In this document: in pieces, positions 1-12,408 of the stretch | Numbering within the stretch: position 1 is the stretch's first letter | Layout of the letters: each line of letters opens with the position of its first letter | Source: an uncultured Gammaproteobacteria bacterium | Lineage (GTDB): Bacteria > Patescibacteriota > Patescibacteriia > Patescibacteriales > GWC2-42-12 | NCBI GenBank assembly: GCA_964537265.1 | Contig: CAZHZE010000004.1 | Location: 1-62,590 of the forward strand | DNA length: 62,590 nt | Direction: 5' to 3' | Notes under the pieces: generated by a model | Told to the model about the DNA's origin: nothing | What the model saw: only the letters and a program-made list of their open reading frames with translations | The model's database searches: none | Made by a program: the position numbers and the translations under genes

Positions 1-2194
<2,194 letters not shown>

Positions 2195-2307
2195 CCACAC
2201 TTTTGTTTAAAAGTGTTTTTTTATTTTTTCATTATTAATAAATTAATAATTGATGCTCTGTTCTCTAAAATATTATTTCTATCTATTTATTTATTTTTAT
2301 TTGCCTG

Positions 2308-2321
2308 ATTGTTAAAGTTCT
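2308..2321 (-). promoter_or_regulatory. boxA-like antitermination motif in 23S leader
   Basis: Minus strand AGAACTTTAACAAT, about 115 nt upstream of the mature 23S 5' end; resembles the rrn boxA consensus. Confidence 0.5.
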
Positions 2322-2526
2322 AAGTTAATTTTCATAACTTATAATTCGAAATCAAAATTATTCTTCAATTGCGAATTAGAAACTACGAAAATTTTTTAAG
2401 GAAACAAAAAACCGCCTGTCAGCGGTTGAAAAAGGACCAAAAAATGAGCCGTAATTAACCGCTTGTAAGTTTAATGAATAATAAACGATTTATCATATAA
2501 AATAATTGAAGTTTTAACTACTTGAT

Positions 2527-2554
2527 ATTATACAGGATATATAAAATATGTCAA
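2527..2554 (-). promoter_or_regulatory. sigma70-type promoter of the 23S gene
   Basis: Perfect TTGACA-16 nt-TATAAT on minus strand, pointing at the 23S gene. Confidence 0.8.
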
Positions 2555-2694
2555 GCCAAATAACAGCTTTAAAAAATATTTTTTAAAATAGGGCTTATTT
2601 TATTTAATATTAGTAAAATTATTACATTTTATTTTCTATTTAAATAGGCTTAATTAACAGCCAATCCACACTCATATCTTTTTAAATTTACCGA

Positions 2695-2723
2695 TTGACA
2701 AACCATAATCCAAATGATAAATT
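2695..2723 (+). promoter_or_regulatory. sigma70-type promoter for ORF 2795
   Basis: TTGACA-17 nt-TAAATT with extended TG; followed by two leader hairpins and AAGGAGG. Confidence 0.6.
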
Positions 2724-2794
2724 ACAATGTTCGCCTGTATGGGTGAATTACTTATCAAATAACTGATAGGTAAACAAATTTAAGGAGGTGCTGT

Positions 2795-3172
2795 ATGGCA
2801 CAAGACGATAAAAAAAGAAAAGTTTTTAAATTAGTAAAAGCGTCAATTATTAACGGACCCGGCCTGCGAGAAATGGAACTCGCAGTAACCGACCCCTGCC
2901 CCAATGGCAGTAGGCGCAGTATAAAATTTGATTTTGAAGAAAAAGGTTGTGAAATTATTCCGGTTGTTAATGTAACTCTTGACGGAATGACCAGGGTTAA
3001 GGAAGACCCCTATGATCGTTTAAATAACTACCTCTGGAAAATTACCGGAAAAACTAAAATTTCTTTTTGCGGTCATGCCTGGGGTAACTATGATGCAATA
3101 TTTGAAACTTTAGATTATTCGCCAATTTTCAGAAAAGGAAAAATAATCTTTACTGTTTTTGAAAAAGAATAA
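2795..3172 (+). CDS. hypothetical beta-rich protein (stand-alone SD-led cassette)
   Basis: 125-aa ORF with strong SD, own promoter and downstream terminator; no recognisable motif. Confidence 0.75.
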   Translation: MAQDDKKRKVFKLVKASIINGPGLREMELAVTDPCPNGSRRSIKFDFEEKGCEIIPVVNVTLDGMTRVKEDPYDRLNNYLWKITGKTKISFCGHAWGNYDAIFETLDYSPIFRKGKIIFTVFEKE

Positions 3173-3193
3173 TAAAGAATTATAAAAAATTTC

Positions 3194-3225
3194 GCCAGTG
3201 GGTTTAAAACACCACTGGCTTTTTT
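3194..3225 (+). terminator. intrinsic terminator
   Basis: gccagtgg/ccactggc stem plus T-tract. Confidence 0.75.
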
Positions 3226-3283
3226 ATAAATAAAAAACAACCTCTAATTAAGAAGTTGTTTTTTTATATAATTATTTTATCTT

Positions 3284-4339
3284 TTATATTATTCTAAACT
3301 TTTCCAATAACTCCGGATTATTCATATGGATTTGCGCCGCTTCTTTAGAAATAACTTTTGAATCGTATAATCTCTTTAAGTCATGGTCTAAACTTACCAT
3401 CCCTTCTTTTGAACTTGTCTCAATCACGGTTTTAATTTGCGCGATTTTACTTTCTCTAATTAAATTAGATACAGCCGGGGTGTTAGTTAAAATTTCTCTG
3501 GCCGCGATTCTGCCTCCGCCGTTCTTAACTAACAGCCTTTGTGAAATTACCGCAGCTAAAGTCATAGATAACTGCATGCGGACTTGCGTCTGCTGATGAG
3601 GGGGAAAAATATCGATAATACGATCAATAGTCTGAGCCGCGCTGTAAGTATGCAAAGTCGCTAAAACTAAATGCCCGGTTTCAGCTAATGTAATCGTCGT
3701 AGCAATAGTCTCTAGATCTCGCATCTCGCCAACCATAATAACATTAGGGTCTTGTCTTAAGACATGTTTTAAGCCTTTATCAAAAGAAACCATATCATCG
3801 CCTAATTGTCTTTGGGTAATTACACTTTTATCATGCTTAAATCTAAATTCAATCGGATCTTCTAAAGTAACAATAGAACAACTTCTTTGCTGATTAATAT
3901 AATTTATCATGGCCGCCAATGAAGTAGATTTACCGCAACCAGTCGGACCAGTAACTAAAATTAAGCCTTGATTTAAATTTAATAAATCATAAACGACCTT
4001 AGGCATAAGCAAGTCTTCAAGGGTAGGAATTTCATTAGTAATAACTCTAGCCACTAAGCCTAAATTATTTCTTTCATAAAATAAATTAACCCTAAATCTT
4101 GTTTCGTTTTCGTCCTCAAAGCCGAAATCTAATTCTTTTTCGGCAATAAATTTTTTCTTTTGCTCGTCGCTAATAATGGAAAAAATTAATTGTTCAACGT
4201 CTTTTTTATTCAAGATTTTTTTAGCTTCAACCGCGGCTAATTCTCCGTCTATTCTTAATAAAACCGGGGCTCCGACAACCAAATGAATGTCTGACGCGCC
4301 TTGTTTAACCGCTAATTTAAAAATGTCTTGCATGGTCAT
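3284..4339 (-). CDS. pilT: type IV pilus retraction ATPase PilT
   Basis: ASDIHL, GPTGCGKST Walker A, TLEDPIE, LRQDPNVIMVGEMRD, TGHLVLATLH, VSNLIRE. Confidence 0.93.
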   Translation of the reverse strand: MTMQDIFKLAVKQGASDIHLVVGAPVLLRIDGELAAVEAKKILNKKDVEQLIFSIISDEQKKKFIAEKELDFGFEDENETRFRVNLFYERNNLGLVARVITNEIPTLEDLLMPKVVYDLLNLNQGLILVTGPTGCGKSTSLAAMINYINQQRSCSIVTLEDPIEFRFKHDKSVITQRQLGDDMVSFDKGLKHVLRQDPNVIMVGEMRDLETIATTITLAETGHLVLATLHTYSAAQTIDRIIDIFPPHQQTQVRMQLSMTLAAVISQRLLVKNGGGRIAAREILTNTPAVSNLIRESKIAQIKTVIETSSKEGMVSLDHDLKRLYDSKVISKEAAQIHMNNPELLEKFRII

Positions 4340-4459
4340 ATAATTTAAATTATGAATTACAAATTTATTTTTTCAATAATCAAATTAAAAATTTAATGGC
4401 CGTAGTGCTTTATCCGCTCCCCTCACTATCGTTCGGCTGGCGGAAAATTTTTAAAGATT

Positions 4460-5152
4460 TTACCACTTTTTATTTTTTAAACCTTCTTGGGCCGCGGCTA
4501 CTTGAGCTTCTTGTTTAGAAGTGCCTTTACCTTGGGAAATTAACTCATTGTTTAAATAAAGTCCGACAATAAATTCTTTAGCATGATCTGGCCCGGACTC
4601 GCTTAAAACTTTATAATGAGGAGTTATACCAAAAAGTTCTTGAGCTCTTTCCTGAAATTTTGATTTAGGATCAAGATAAAGATGGTTTTTTAAAATATTA
4701 TCCAATTTGGACAAAATAAAATTTTTAACGAATTTTTTGGCCGGCTTAATACCCTGATCTAAATAAATTGCTCCTATAATCGCTTCCATGGCATTAGCTA
4801 AAATAATTTGTCTGGCTTTTGAATTTTTATCTTTAGATTCACCTTTAGATAAATATAAATATTTATCTACGCCTAACTCATTAGCGATAGTAGCTAACAT
4901 GCGATAATTTACTAAACTAGCGCGCCAATTAGTAAGATCGCCTTCTGGAGTATCAGCATATTCATGAAATAAATTTTCAGTGACAATTATTTCTAAAACC
5001 GCGTCGCCTAAAAATTCCAGACGTTCGTTATGATGCAATTCAAAATTAGGGTGTTCATTTAAATAAGAACGGTGCACAACCGCTTGTTTTAAGAGGTCAA
5101 CATTTTTAAATTTAACACCCATTAGTTCTTCTAGCTTGGGAAAGTCTTTCAT
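4460..5152 (-). CDS. rnc: ribonuclease III
   Basis: NERLEFLGDAVL signature and C-terminal dsRBD (GPDHAKEF, SKQEAQVAAA). Confidence 0.97.
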   Translation of the reverse strand: MKDFPKLEELMGVKFKNVDLLKQAVVHRSYLNEHPNFELHHNERLEFLGDAVLEIIVTENLFHEYADTPEGDLTNWRASLVNYRMLATIANELGVDKYLYLSKGESKDKNSKARQIILANAMEAIIGAIYLDQGIKPAKKFVKNFILSKLDNILKNHLYLDPKSKFQERAQELFGITPHYKVLSESGPDHAKEFIVGLYLNNELISQGKGTSKQEAQVAAAQEGLKNKKW

Positions 5153-5238
5153 TGGATAAATGAAAATTTGATATTTGAAATTAGCAATTCTAAATCCGAA
5201 TCGCTAATTACAAATGGCAAATTATTTTAATTATTAAT

Positions 5239-5700
5239 TTACTCTTTTTTTGTTTCTTCTTCTGTCTTTTCTTTCTTTTTTATAGTGGCGCCCACATCTT
5301 TAAAAATAGCACCTAAGACTCCATTAACGAATTTTCCCGATGATTCACCGCCAAAAGCTTTGGCGATTTCAATAGCTTCGTTAATAGCGACTTTCGCCGG
5401 AATATTTTGATCAAAAATTAATTCATAAACTCCGATGCGTAATACATTTCTATCTACGATAGTAATTTGATCCAACGGCCATTCAGTCGCATACTTAGTT
5501 ATATATTGGTCTATTTCTTCTTCGTGATCGATTACGCCGTTAATGATAGCCTTAACAAAACCATGATCATTAAATTTCGGCGCAAACTGCTTAAAATTCT
5601 GTTCGATTAAATCGTTTAAATTTTGCTCCTGTTTACCATTAAAATCCCAAGAAAACAGAGTTTGCATGGCAATAGTTCTGGCGAGATGACGGTTAGACAT
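5239..5700 (-). CDS. nusB: transcription antitermination factor NusB
   Basis: [44 protein letters not shown]. Confidence 0.95.
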   Translation of the reverse strand: MSNRHLARTIAMQTLFSWDFNGKQEQNLNDLIEQNFKQFAPKFNDHGFVKAIINGVIDHEEEIDQYITKYATEWPLDQITIVDRNVLRIGVYELIFDQNIPAKVAINEAIEIAKAFGGESSGKFVNGVLGAIFKDVGATIKKKEKTEEETKKE

Positions 5701-5783
5701 AAATAAAGTTAAAAGTAGAAAGTTAAAAGTAGAAAGTTAAAATATTTATTATTTACTTTTAACTTTATAAACTTTAGACTATT

Positions 5784-5984
5784 CTATTTTTTTTCTTTTT
5801 TAATTTTGCTTTTTATCTTTAAAACTTCACGGCCTTTATAAGAACCGCAAAAATCACAAGCGCGATGAGGTAAGACAGCTTTACCGCATTTCGGGCATTT
5901 ATTTGTTTTAACTTTTTTTAAAGCTTGGTGTGAACGGCCGCGTCGGGCTTCGCTTCTGCACCTTCGTTTTGCTGGTACTGACAT
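5784..5984 (-). CDS. rpmF: 50S ribosomal protein L32 (Zn-ribbon type)
   Basis: MSVP..RRSH-like N-terminus, CPKC and CDFC; start moved to the ATG at 5984. Confidence 0.92.
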   Translation of the reverse strand: MSVPAKRRCRSEARRGRSHQALKKVKTNKCPKCGKAVLPHRACDFCGSYKGREVLKIKSKIKKEKK

Positions 5985-6109
5985 AAAATAATAAGTCAAA
6001 AATCAAAAGTAAAAAGTCGAAAGACTTTAATTTCTGAATTTTGTATTCTTGTTAATTGTTAAATTTAATTAAATTATAACTTAAAAAACTTGTTTAAGTC
6101 AAGCTAAAA

Positions 6110-7144
6110 TTAAAGAATTAACATAGCATCGCCATAACTAAAAAATCGATATTTCTTCTTAACTGCGGTCTTATAGGCTTTAAAAACTTTATCGCGTCCG
6201 GCAAACGCGCTAACTAACATTATTAAAGTCGATTTAGGTAAATGAAAATTGGTAATCATGCCGTCAACCGCAAGAAATTTATATGGCGGATAAATAAAAA
6301 TATCAGTCCAGGCGGCATAATCTTTTTTTGCTCCCTTTTTAAACGCGCTTTCTAAGGTTCTAGCTGAAGTTGTGCCTACCGCGATTATTCGCCTGCCGTC
6401 GTTCTTAGCTTTTAGAATTCTAGTTAATGTATTTTTATTGATTTCAGCATATTCACTATGCATTTTATGTTTAGTTATATCATTAACCTTAACCGGTGCA
6501 AATGTGCCTAACCCGACTTGTAAGGTTACATATTCAAATTGCACGCCTTTTTTCTTAAGTTCGTTAATTAATTTTTTTGTAAAATGAAAGCCGGCTGTAG
6601 GCGCGGCAACCGAACCAACTTTTTTATCATCCGCGTAAACGGTTTGATAATTTTTCTGATCGCTTTTAACTTTTTGTGCACGTTTAATATAGGGCGGTAA
6701 AGGCGTTAAGCCGATTTTTTCTATCAATTTATTAAAAGCAGAACCTTTTTTATTAAATTTAACTTGCCAAGTTCCGTCTAAATTATTTTTTAAAATTTCT
6801 GCTTTTAAACATCTATCAAATTCGACTTTCAAATTTTCTTTTCTCTTAGGTCCGCCAATTAAACATTGCCAAACACCGGGTTTTATTTTATTTAATAAAA
6901 AAACTTCAACTTTCCCGCCGGTTTCTGCTCGCTTACCAATAAGCCTCGCTGCCATTACTTTAGTATTATTTAAAACTAAAACATCGCCTTTCTTTAAAAA
7001 ATTTATAATATCATAAAAATTCTTATGTTGAATTTCGCCGGTTAATTTTTCCAAAACTAAAAGCCGCGAATGGTCTCGCGGACTAATAGGCTTTTGGGCG
7101 ATTAAATTTTTTGGTAAATTATAATCAAATTTTTTCAGCTTCAT
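6110..7144 (-). CDS. queA: S-adenosylmethionine:tRNA ribosyltransferase-isomerase QueA
   Basis: FDYNLP..LIAQ, PLPPYIKR, YQTVYA, SVAAPTAGFHFT, TNFHLPKST, YRFFSYGDAM; start moved to 7144. Confidence 0.96.
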   Translation of the reverse strand: MKLKKFDYNLPKNLIAQKPISPRDHSRLLVLEKLTGEIQHKNFYDIINFLKKGDVLVLNNTKVMAARLIGKRAETGGKVEVFLLNKIKPGVWQCLIGGPKRKENLKVEFDRCLKAEILKNNLDGTWQVKFNKKGSAFNKLIEKIGLTPLPPYIKRAQKVKSDQKNYQTVYADDKKVGSVAAPTAGFHFTKKLINELKKKGVQFEYVTLQVGLGTFAPVKVNDITKHKMHSEYAEINKNTLTRILKAKNDGRRIIAVGTTSARTLESAFKKGAKKDYAAWTDIFIYPPYKFLAVDGMITNFHLPKSTLIMLVSAFAGRDKVFKAYKTAVKKKYRFFSYGDAMLIL

Positions 7145-7670
7145 GCAATTTTTTATTTTCTTCAACTAGTTTAATTACAATATCCCTAACTTTTTCTGGA
7201 TTAGGAATTTCTTTAAAAACAAATCTCTGCACTTCACCGGCCGTCTGAACATAAACATTGCCGTAATGAAAAATAAATTGCCAAACACCCTTAAGTTCGC
7301 TGGCCACATCTTGAATTTTAGAAATTTTTAATTCAGCGACTGTGCGCGAAAAAAATCCTTCCTGTTTAACATCAATTATTCGCCGATTAGTTATTATCCA
7401 CATATCTAAATAATAATCAATAAAAGTAAAAAAACTAAAAAGCCAAATAAATAAAATATAGCCGCTTATCGCTACGACAATTAAAGGATAAGAAATTTCA
7501 CCTACTAATAAATTGGGATAAAGATTTAAAGCGACAAAACCAACTAAAGCCGGCAAACCTAATAAAACTATAATTAAAACAAAGTGGGAAAACAACACAA
7601 AAATGTCTTTCCTTAAAATTTTTACAATTTTTTCACCTGGTAATTTTTCCAACAATTTAAAAATTAACAT
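7125..7670 (-). CDS. membrane protein with bacterial PH domain
   Basis: Two N-terminal TM helices, then WIITNRRII..Q.GFF.R..AEL..IQDV...YGNVYVQTAG. Confidence 0.75.
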   Translation of the reverse strand: MLIFKLLEKLPGEKIVKILRKDIFVLFSHFVLIIVLLGLPALVGFVALNLYPNLLVGEISYPLIVVAISGYILFIWLFSFFTFIDYYLDMWIITNRRIIDVKQEGFFSRTVAELKISKIQDVASELKGVWQFIFHYGNVYVQTAGEVQRFVFKEIPNPEKVRDIVIKLVEENKKLHEAEKI

Positions 7671-7679
7671 AAAAAATAA

Positions 7680-7940
7680 TTAAAAATTACTAACTCCAAA
7701 CATATTAGTACTACCTTGAAAAATTGTTAAACCGATTTCCCAATCAATTTGGCTTAAATATCCATAAGATAAATATAATATTACTATTGAACCGGCAATA
7801 TAAATAAAGGTAGTAAAAAAAGTTAGAAAGTTAACTTGACCATATTTTATTATATGAAAAAGTGCTATAAAACTAAAAATTATCCAAACAACAACAAACA
7901 ATAAGTATAAAAATAAAACGCTAATTAAAGGAATAGTCAT
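7680..7940 (-). CDS. small two-TM membrane protein
   Basis: Hydrophobic 86-aa ORF packed in an operon. Confidence 0.7.
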   Translation of the reverse strand: MTIPLISVLFLYLLFVVVWIIFSFIALFHIIKYGQVNFLTFFTTFIYIAGSIVILYLSYGYLSQIDWEIGLTIFQGSTNMFGVSNF

Positions 7941-7946
7941 ATGTTT

Positions 7947-8243
7947 TTAATAAGATGTACATTCATATTTAAATTTTATACCACAATTTTTATTTACCCA
8001 TTTTTCGTAGCTAGGGTTGCCGACGTAATTGACCCCCTCATGGGGCATGCAGTCAGTACCTTGAATATATATTTTTGACTCTTCATTATAAATAAGCTTA
8101 GTTAAATCTGGACAAATAAATTCTTCTTTTTCCAAACTTCCTTCTTGTAAATTAAATATAACCCAATAATATAAACTAACAATAAATAATAAAAAAACCA
8201 TTGAGATTATCAATAAATAAATTATTTTTTTCTTTAATGTCAT
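7947..8243 (-). CDS. hypothetical membrane-anchored protein
   Basis: N-terminal TM helix, four Cys; in operon behind ruvB. Confidence 0.65.
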   Translation of the reverse strand: MTLKKKIIYLLIISMVFLLFIVSLYYWVIFNLQEGSLEKEEFICPDLTKLIYNEESKIYIQGTDCMPHEGVNYVGNPSYEKWVNKNCGIKFKYECTSY

Positions 8244-8253
8244 AAAAAATTAA

Positions 8254-9276
8254 TTATATCATTTTATCTTGCTCGGGTTTATTTTTTCCTAAATGTTTAT
8301 AGGCCGTATCAGTAGCCACCCGGCCGCGCGGCGTTCTATCTAAAAATCCTAATTGCATTAAATAAGGTTCATAAACTTCTTCGACGGTCGCGATATCCTC
8401 AGCCGCGGCCGCGGCGATAGCCGATAACCCGACCGGTCCGCCGTTAAATTTATCAATAATTACTTCTATAATTTTTCTATCTACCCAATCAAGGCCTAAA
8501 TCATCAACTTCCAAAAGTTTAAAAGCTTGTTGGCAATAATTTAAGTTAATATCTCCATTACCTTCAACCTGGCAATAATCGCGTACTCTTTTTAATAACC
8601 GATTAGCGACGCGAGGCGTGCGACGCGAACGCTTAGCGATTTCTTCGGCCGAATCATGAGGCAAATCAATGTTTAAAATCTTGGCGCTCCTGTCAATTAT
8701 TTTTTTAATATCTTTAGGTTCATAAAAATCCAAATGATAAGTCATACCGAAACGATCGCGCAAAGGCGAAGACAATAAACTAATTTTCGTAGTCGCGCCG
8801 ATAATCGTAAAACGCGGTAAATCAATACGCAAAGTTTTAGCCGACGGCCCTTTACCGATTATTATATCTAAAGCATAATCTTCCATGGCCGGATAAAGTA
8901 TTTCTTCAATGGTTTTATTAAGCCGATGAATCTCATCAATAAATAAAATATCGCCTTGATTAAGATTAGTTAAAATTGCGGCTAAGTCGCCTGATTTTTC
9001 TATCACCGGTCCAGAAGTTACTCTTATGTTAGCATCCAGCTCATTAGCAATAACATGCGCTAAAGTAGTTTTTCCTAATCCAGGCGAACCATATAATAAA
9101 ACATGCTCAATAGATTCATTTCTGCCTTGAGCCGCTTTAAGAAAAATCCGTAAATTTTCCTTAATCTTATCTTGCCCGACAAATTCGCTTAATTTCTTTG
9201 GGCGTAAAGTTAAATCCAAAGTTTTATCATCAGCCAACTCCTCAGGTTGAGTGACTCGTTCGTTTGTATCTGTCAT
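8254..9276 (-). CDS. ruvB: Holliday junction branch migration helicase RuvB
   Basis: [45 protein letters not shown]. Confidence 0.97.
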   Translation of the reverse strand: MTDTNERVTQPEELADDKTLDLTLRPKKLSEFVGQDKIKENLRIFLKAAQGRNESIEHVLLYGSPGLGKTTLAHVIANELDANIRVTSGPVIEKSGDLAAILTNLNQGDILFIDEIHRLNKTIEEILYPAMEDYALDIIIGKGPSAKTLRIDLPRFTIIGATTKISLLSSPLRDRFGMTYHLDFYEPKDIKKIIDRSAKILNIDLPHDSAEEIAKRSRRTPRVANRLLKRVRDYCQVEGNGDINLNYCQQAFKLLEVDDLGLDWVDRKIIEVIIDKFNGGPVGLSAIAAAAAEDIATVEEVYEPYLMQLGFLDRTPRGRVATDTAYKHLGKNKPEQDKMI

Positions 9277-9324
9277 GCTTATATTTTAACATTTATCTAG
9301 TAATGTTTCAAACTGATTAATATT

Positions 9325-9353
9325 AAAAAACACCGCAATAATAGCGGTGTTTT
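9325..9353. terminator. intrinsic terminator (palindromic, A/T-flanked)
   Basis: aaaacaccgc/gcggtgtttt stem. Confidence 0.7.
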
Positions 9354-9371
9354 AAATTAACTATTTTAATT

Positions 9372-10172
9372 TTATTTCCCCTTCTTCGGCATCTCCCCAT
9401 TCAAAGCTTTTTTAACTATATCTTTTGTTTCTTCGGAAAAATCGGCGCTTAAAATCCAACTTAAAAATCCCGGATCTGTTTCGGCCACGTCGGCGAGCGA
9501 CCTATCTTTATGTTTAGAAAAAGCTAAATAAGCTTCGCCGCCGCGCCAATAAAATTTACGATCCGCGTCAACGAAGCGATCGTCTATAATATGATGAATT
9601 TTATAAATAAAATCCCAGTCTCTAGTTTCTTTATACTTTTCTAATTGCTTAGTTAAAACTTCAGCCGTGGCTTCGACGTCGCCTAAAGCGTTATGCGCTT
9701 CTTCATGATCCTTTTTGCAATAAAATTTATAAGCCGCGGAAAGCGTGCGCGGTTCCATGCAATGATAAATAATTTTAGCGTCAATAATTTTTGAATTAGT
9801 ATAATCAAAATCTTTGCCGGCCCTTAAAAATTCGCGTTTTAGAATAGGCAAATCAAAAGTTAAAACATTAAAACCGCTATAATAGCAACCGTTAAAAATA
9901 TCCCAAAATTCTTCAGCCATATCTTTAAAAGTCGGCTGATTTTTTACATCCTCGTCTGAAATGCCGTGAATAGCGAAAGCTTCGGCCGGAATTTTCATTT
10001 CCGGATTTAAAAATAAATCGCCTTTTAAAATTTCCCCGTCTGGCATAATTTTCATATAAGCGATTTCCACGATTCTATCTAAATTAATAGATAAACCAGT
10101 AGTTTCTAAATCAAAAACCACTAACGGTTTGTCTAAAGAAAGCAGTTCATTTATTTTTTTTGTTTTTGCCAT
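9372..10172 (-). CDS. DEDDh 3'-5' exonuclease (DNA Pol III epsilon-like)
   Basis: VFDLETTG, HGISDEDV, FNVLTFD, HNALGD; start moved to 10172. Confidence 0.88.
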   Translation of the reverse strand: MAKTKKINELLSLDKPLVVFDLETTGLSINLDRIVEIAYMKIMPDGEILKGDLFLNPEMKIPAEAFAIHGISDEDVKNQPTFKDMAEEFWDIFNGCYYSGFNVLTFDLPILKREFLRAGKDFDYTNSKIIDAKIIYHCMEPRTLSAAYKFYCKKDHEEAHNALGDVEATAEVLTKQLEKYKETRDWDFIYKIHHIIDDRFVDADRKFYWRGGEAYLAFSKHKDRSLADVAETDPGFLSWILSADFSEETKDIVKKALNGEMPKKGK

Positions 10173-10252
10173 ATCTTTTATTCTACAACAATTTTTTATA
10201 AATAAAAACACCCCCGATTTCTCAGGAGTGTTTTTTATCTGAAATAATCTTT

Positions 10253-10564
10253 TTACCAATTATTTCCGCCACGGTTGCCACCGCGATTTCCGCCGAAACT
10301 TCTTTTAGGTCTGTCTTCCTGAGGTCTAGCCTCATTAACAGTAACCTGGCGGCCTTCAATCTCTTTGCCGTTAAACATATCAATAGCGGCTTGAGCTTCT
10401 TCTTCGGTTGACATTTCAACAAAACCGAAACCTTTTGATCTTCCAGTCATTTTATCCATGATAACAATGGCTGAAGCAACGGTACCGGCCTGAGAAAAAG
10501 CTTCTTTTAAGCCGTTTTCATTGGTGGAGTATGGTAAACCACCGATGTATAATTTTTTGTTCAT
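10253..10564 (-). CDS. RRM RNA-binding protein
   Basis: RNP2 LYIGGL, RNP1 KGFGFVEM, Gly/Arg-rich tail. Confidence 0.95.
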   Translation of the reverse strand: MNKKLYIGGLPYSTNENGLKEAFSQAGTVASAIVIMDKMTGRSKGFGFVEMSTEEEAQAAIDMFNGKEIEGRQVTVNEARPQEDRPKRSFGGNRGGNRGGNNW

Positions 10565-10710
10565 AACTTTCTTACGCTTTTAGGGATATTCTAAATCCCA
10601 TAATAATTAAATGTAAGTCGACTTTCTTATTTTACCTTTTAATTACGCTAAAGCATAAGAAAAGAAAAATAACTCTTACAAAAGAAGTATAGCCTATATT
10701 AGCTAAAATG

Positions 10711-11049
10711 TCAAGTTAAAAACTCTTTTACTTCATTAATAACCTCTTCTGGCACTGGATTTCTCTTTGGACTAACTCCGGGATAACGCCAGGCGCTAAT
10801 AATTTTATAGCGGCCTTTTATATTTTGATACATGGCCCAAATTTCCGAACTCCAAGTTTTTTTCTTATTATTAACCGAAGATGGCTGCATAACTGCAGTT
10901 GTATTTTCTGCCACACCTTCTTCAACTCTCGCTGGCCGATTAATCACGCGTAAAACTCTCTGCGCCGTTAAGCCATAATATTTCATTTTACCAATGGCAT
11001 GGCTGGTCCAATAATATTTATCCGTGTTTTTAGGAGGTTTAAATTGCAT
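10711..11049 (-). CDS. hypothetical protein, DUF4258-like
   Basis: WTSHA..KM.......V..VI..P pattern. Confidence 0.6.
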   Translation of the reverse strand: MQFKPPKNTDKYYWTSHAIGKMKYYGLTAQRVLRVINRPARVEEGVAENTTAVMQPSSVNNKKKTWSSEIWAMYQNIKGRYKIISAWRYPGVSPKRNPVPEEVINEVKEFLT

Positions 11050-11054
11050 GTTAT

Positions 11055-11522
11055 TTATTTTTTATTCGGCAAAGGCGCATTAACCATTTCCTCTAAAGTC
11101 TGCCTAGAAATTTTATCTAAGCCTATACCCAGCCAATTATACCATCGCCAATGCCAAATTGCCGGTTTATCGCTTAATTGCATATCTAAAGTTTTAGGAT
11201 CTATATTGCCAGAATAAAGATTGCCGTAAGCGTAAACCGAGCCCCTAATCATTTGTTCATCCAGAGAAAGCCTTATTTTTTTCGTATTTAATTCATCACC
11301 AAAAAAACGATAACAAAATTCTCCAAAATTTTTATTTTGATTAAACTCTTGATTATATTCTTTTTCTTGCAAAGCATAAGCATGACTTCTTAATTTCTGA
11401 GATAAAATAAACCCATAATCAGGGTTTGTTTTATAATTAAAAATAATTAGTGAAGTTAAAAAAATAATAAAAATTAAAATTATTAAGAGCAATAACAAAA
11501 AAATTTTAATTTTTTTGGCCAT
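11055..11522 (-). CDS. hypothetical membrane-anchored protein
   Basis: N-terminal hydrophobic helix; operonic spacing. Confidence 0.7.
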   Translation of the reverse strand: MAKKIKIFLLLLLIILIFIIFLTSLIIFNYKTNPDYGFILSQKLRSHAYALQEKEYNQEFNQNKNFGEFCYRFFGDELNTKKIRLSLDEQMIRGSVYAYGNLYSGNIDPKTLDMQLSDKPAIWHWRWYNWLGIGLDKISRQTLEEMVNAPLPNKK

Positions 11523-11525
11523 ATC

Positions 11526-11876
11526 TTATTCGCAGCAATTTATTAATTCCATTATTTCTTCTTGATGATTTTTTATGATATCCTGGGGCCGAAAATTAGA
11601 AGAAAATTCCGCAAGCTTTTCAACCACTTTAATTAAATCCTCTTTAGCTGGATTATTAAAATCGGCTCCAACTTCTTCAAATTTATTTTTTACAAAACTT
11701 TCCATATTCATTTTTCTAATCTGCTCAAACTCCTGATCATTTATTTCCTGATTATATTGCTTCATCATTTCTAATGTTTCCGAATGCGCTAAAATAAAAC
11801 ATCTTAATATAGCATCTCTTACCATAATTGGAGTTAATTTTTGGGAGGTGTCCAAACCATAAATTATTTTACCCAT
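11526..11876 (-). CDS. hypothetical helical protein
   Basis: 116-aa ORF directly downstream of tRNA-Ser. Confidence 0.7.
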   Translation of the reverse strand: MGKIIYGLDTSQKLTPIMVRDAILRCFILAHSETLEMMKQYNQEINDQEFEQIRKMNMESFVKNKFEEVGADFNNPAKEDLIKVVEKLAEFSSNFRPQDIIKNHQEEIMELINCCE

Positions 11877-11957
11877 ATTTTTAGGTTAATTTTTAAAGCG
11901 ATATTATATGCTTATTATTATTTTATAATATTTATTAATTTCGCTGAATGTAAAACT

Positions 11958-12047
11958 TGGCGGAGAGGGCGAGATTTGAACTCGCGAAGGGCGTTAACCC
12001 TTGCCGCTTTTCGAGAGCGGTACCTTCAACCACTCAGTCACCTCTCC
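11958..12047 (-). tRNA. tRNA-Ser(CGA), CCA encoded
   Basis: GGAGAGG acceptor stem, CCGCT-CT CGA AA-AGCGG anticodon arm, long variable arm, TTCAAAT T-loop. Confidence 0.96.
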
Positions 12048-12062
12048 AATCTTGCAACTATT

Positions 12063-12404
12063 TTACTTTAACAGCATTAACTCACCGATGGCAAGTAGTA
12101 ACCAAAAAAATAATCCGGCCGTAGTGTAAAATAAAAGTTTTAAGGCTTGTTTCTTCTTGCCGTCTAAATAATACAAAATCGGCCGGCCTAAAACTAACGA
12201 ACTAGTAATTAGGGCTGACAAAATGAAAATCATTAGCATAGTCATGCCAGCTAACATTTCATTGGTTTGACCAATAAATTTTCCCGCGCTGTTCATAAAC
12301 CAAACCACTAACGCCACATAAATAAAAACTAGCGCCGAGTGGAGAATGGCAAACAAAACTAAGTCTTTTTCTTCGTTGTTGTTTTTGTTGAAAAAAATCT
12401 TCAT
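12063..12404 (-). CDS. small membrane protein (3 TM)
   Basis: Hydrophobic ORF in operon. Confidence 0.75.
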   Translation of the reverse strand: MKIFFNKNNNEEKDLVLFAILHSALVFIYVALVVWFMNSAGKFIGQTNEMLAGMTMLMIFILSALITSSLVLGRPILYYLDGKKKQALKLLFYTTAGLFFWLLLAIGELMLLK

Positions 12405-12408
12405 ATAT

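Noticed and set aside
9372-10259. Long N-terminal extension of the exonuclease ORF (also of rpmF, queA, folD, tsaD)
   Set aside because: The extension runs through a terminator or upstream gene; family alignment favours the downstream ATG
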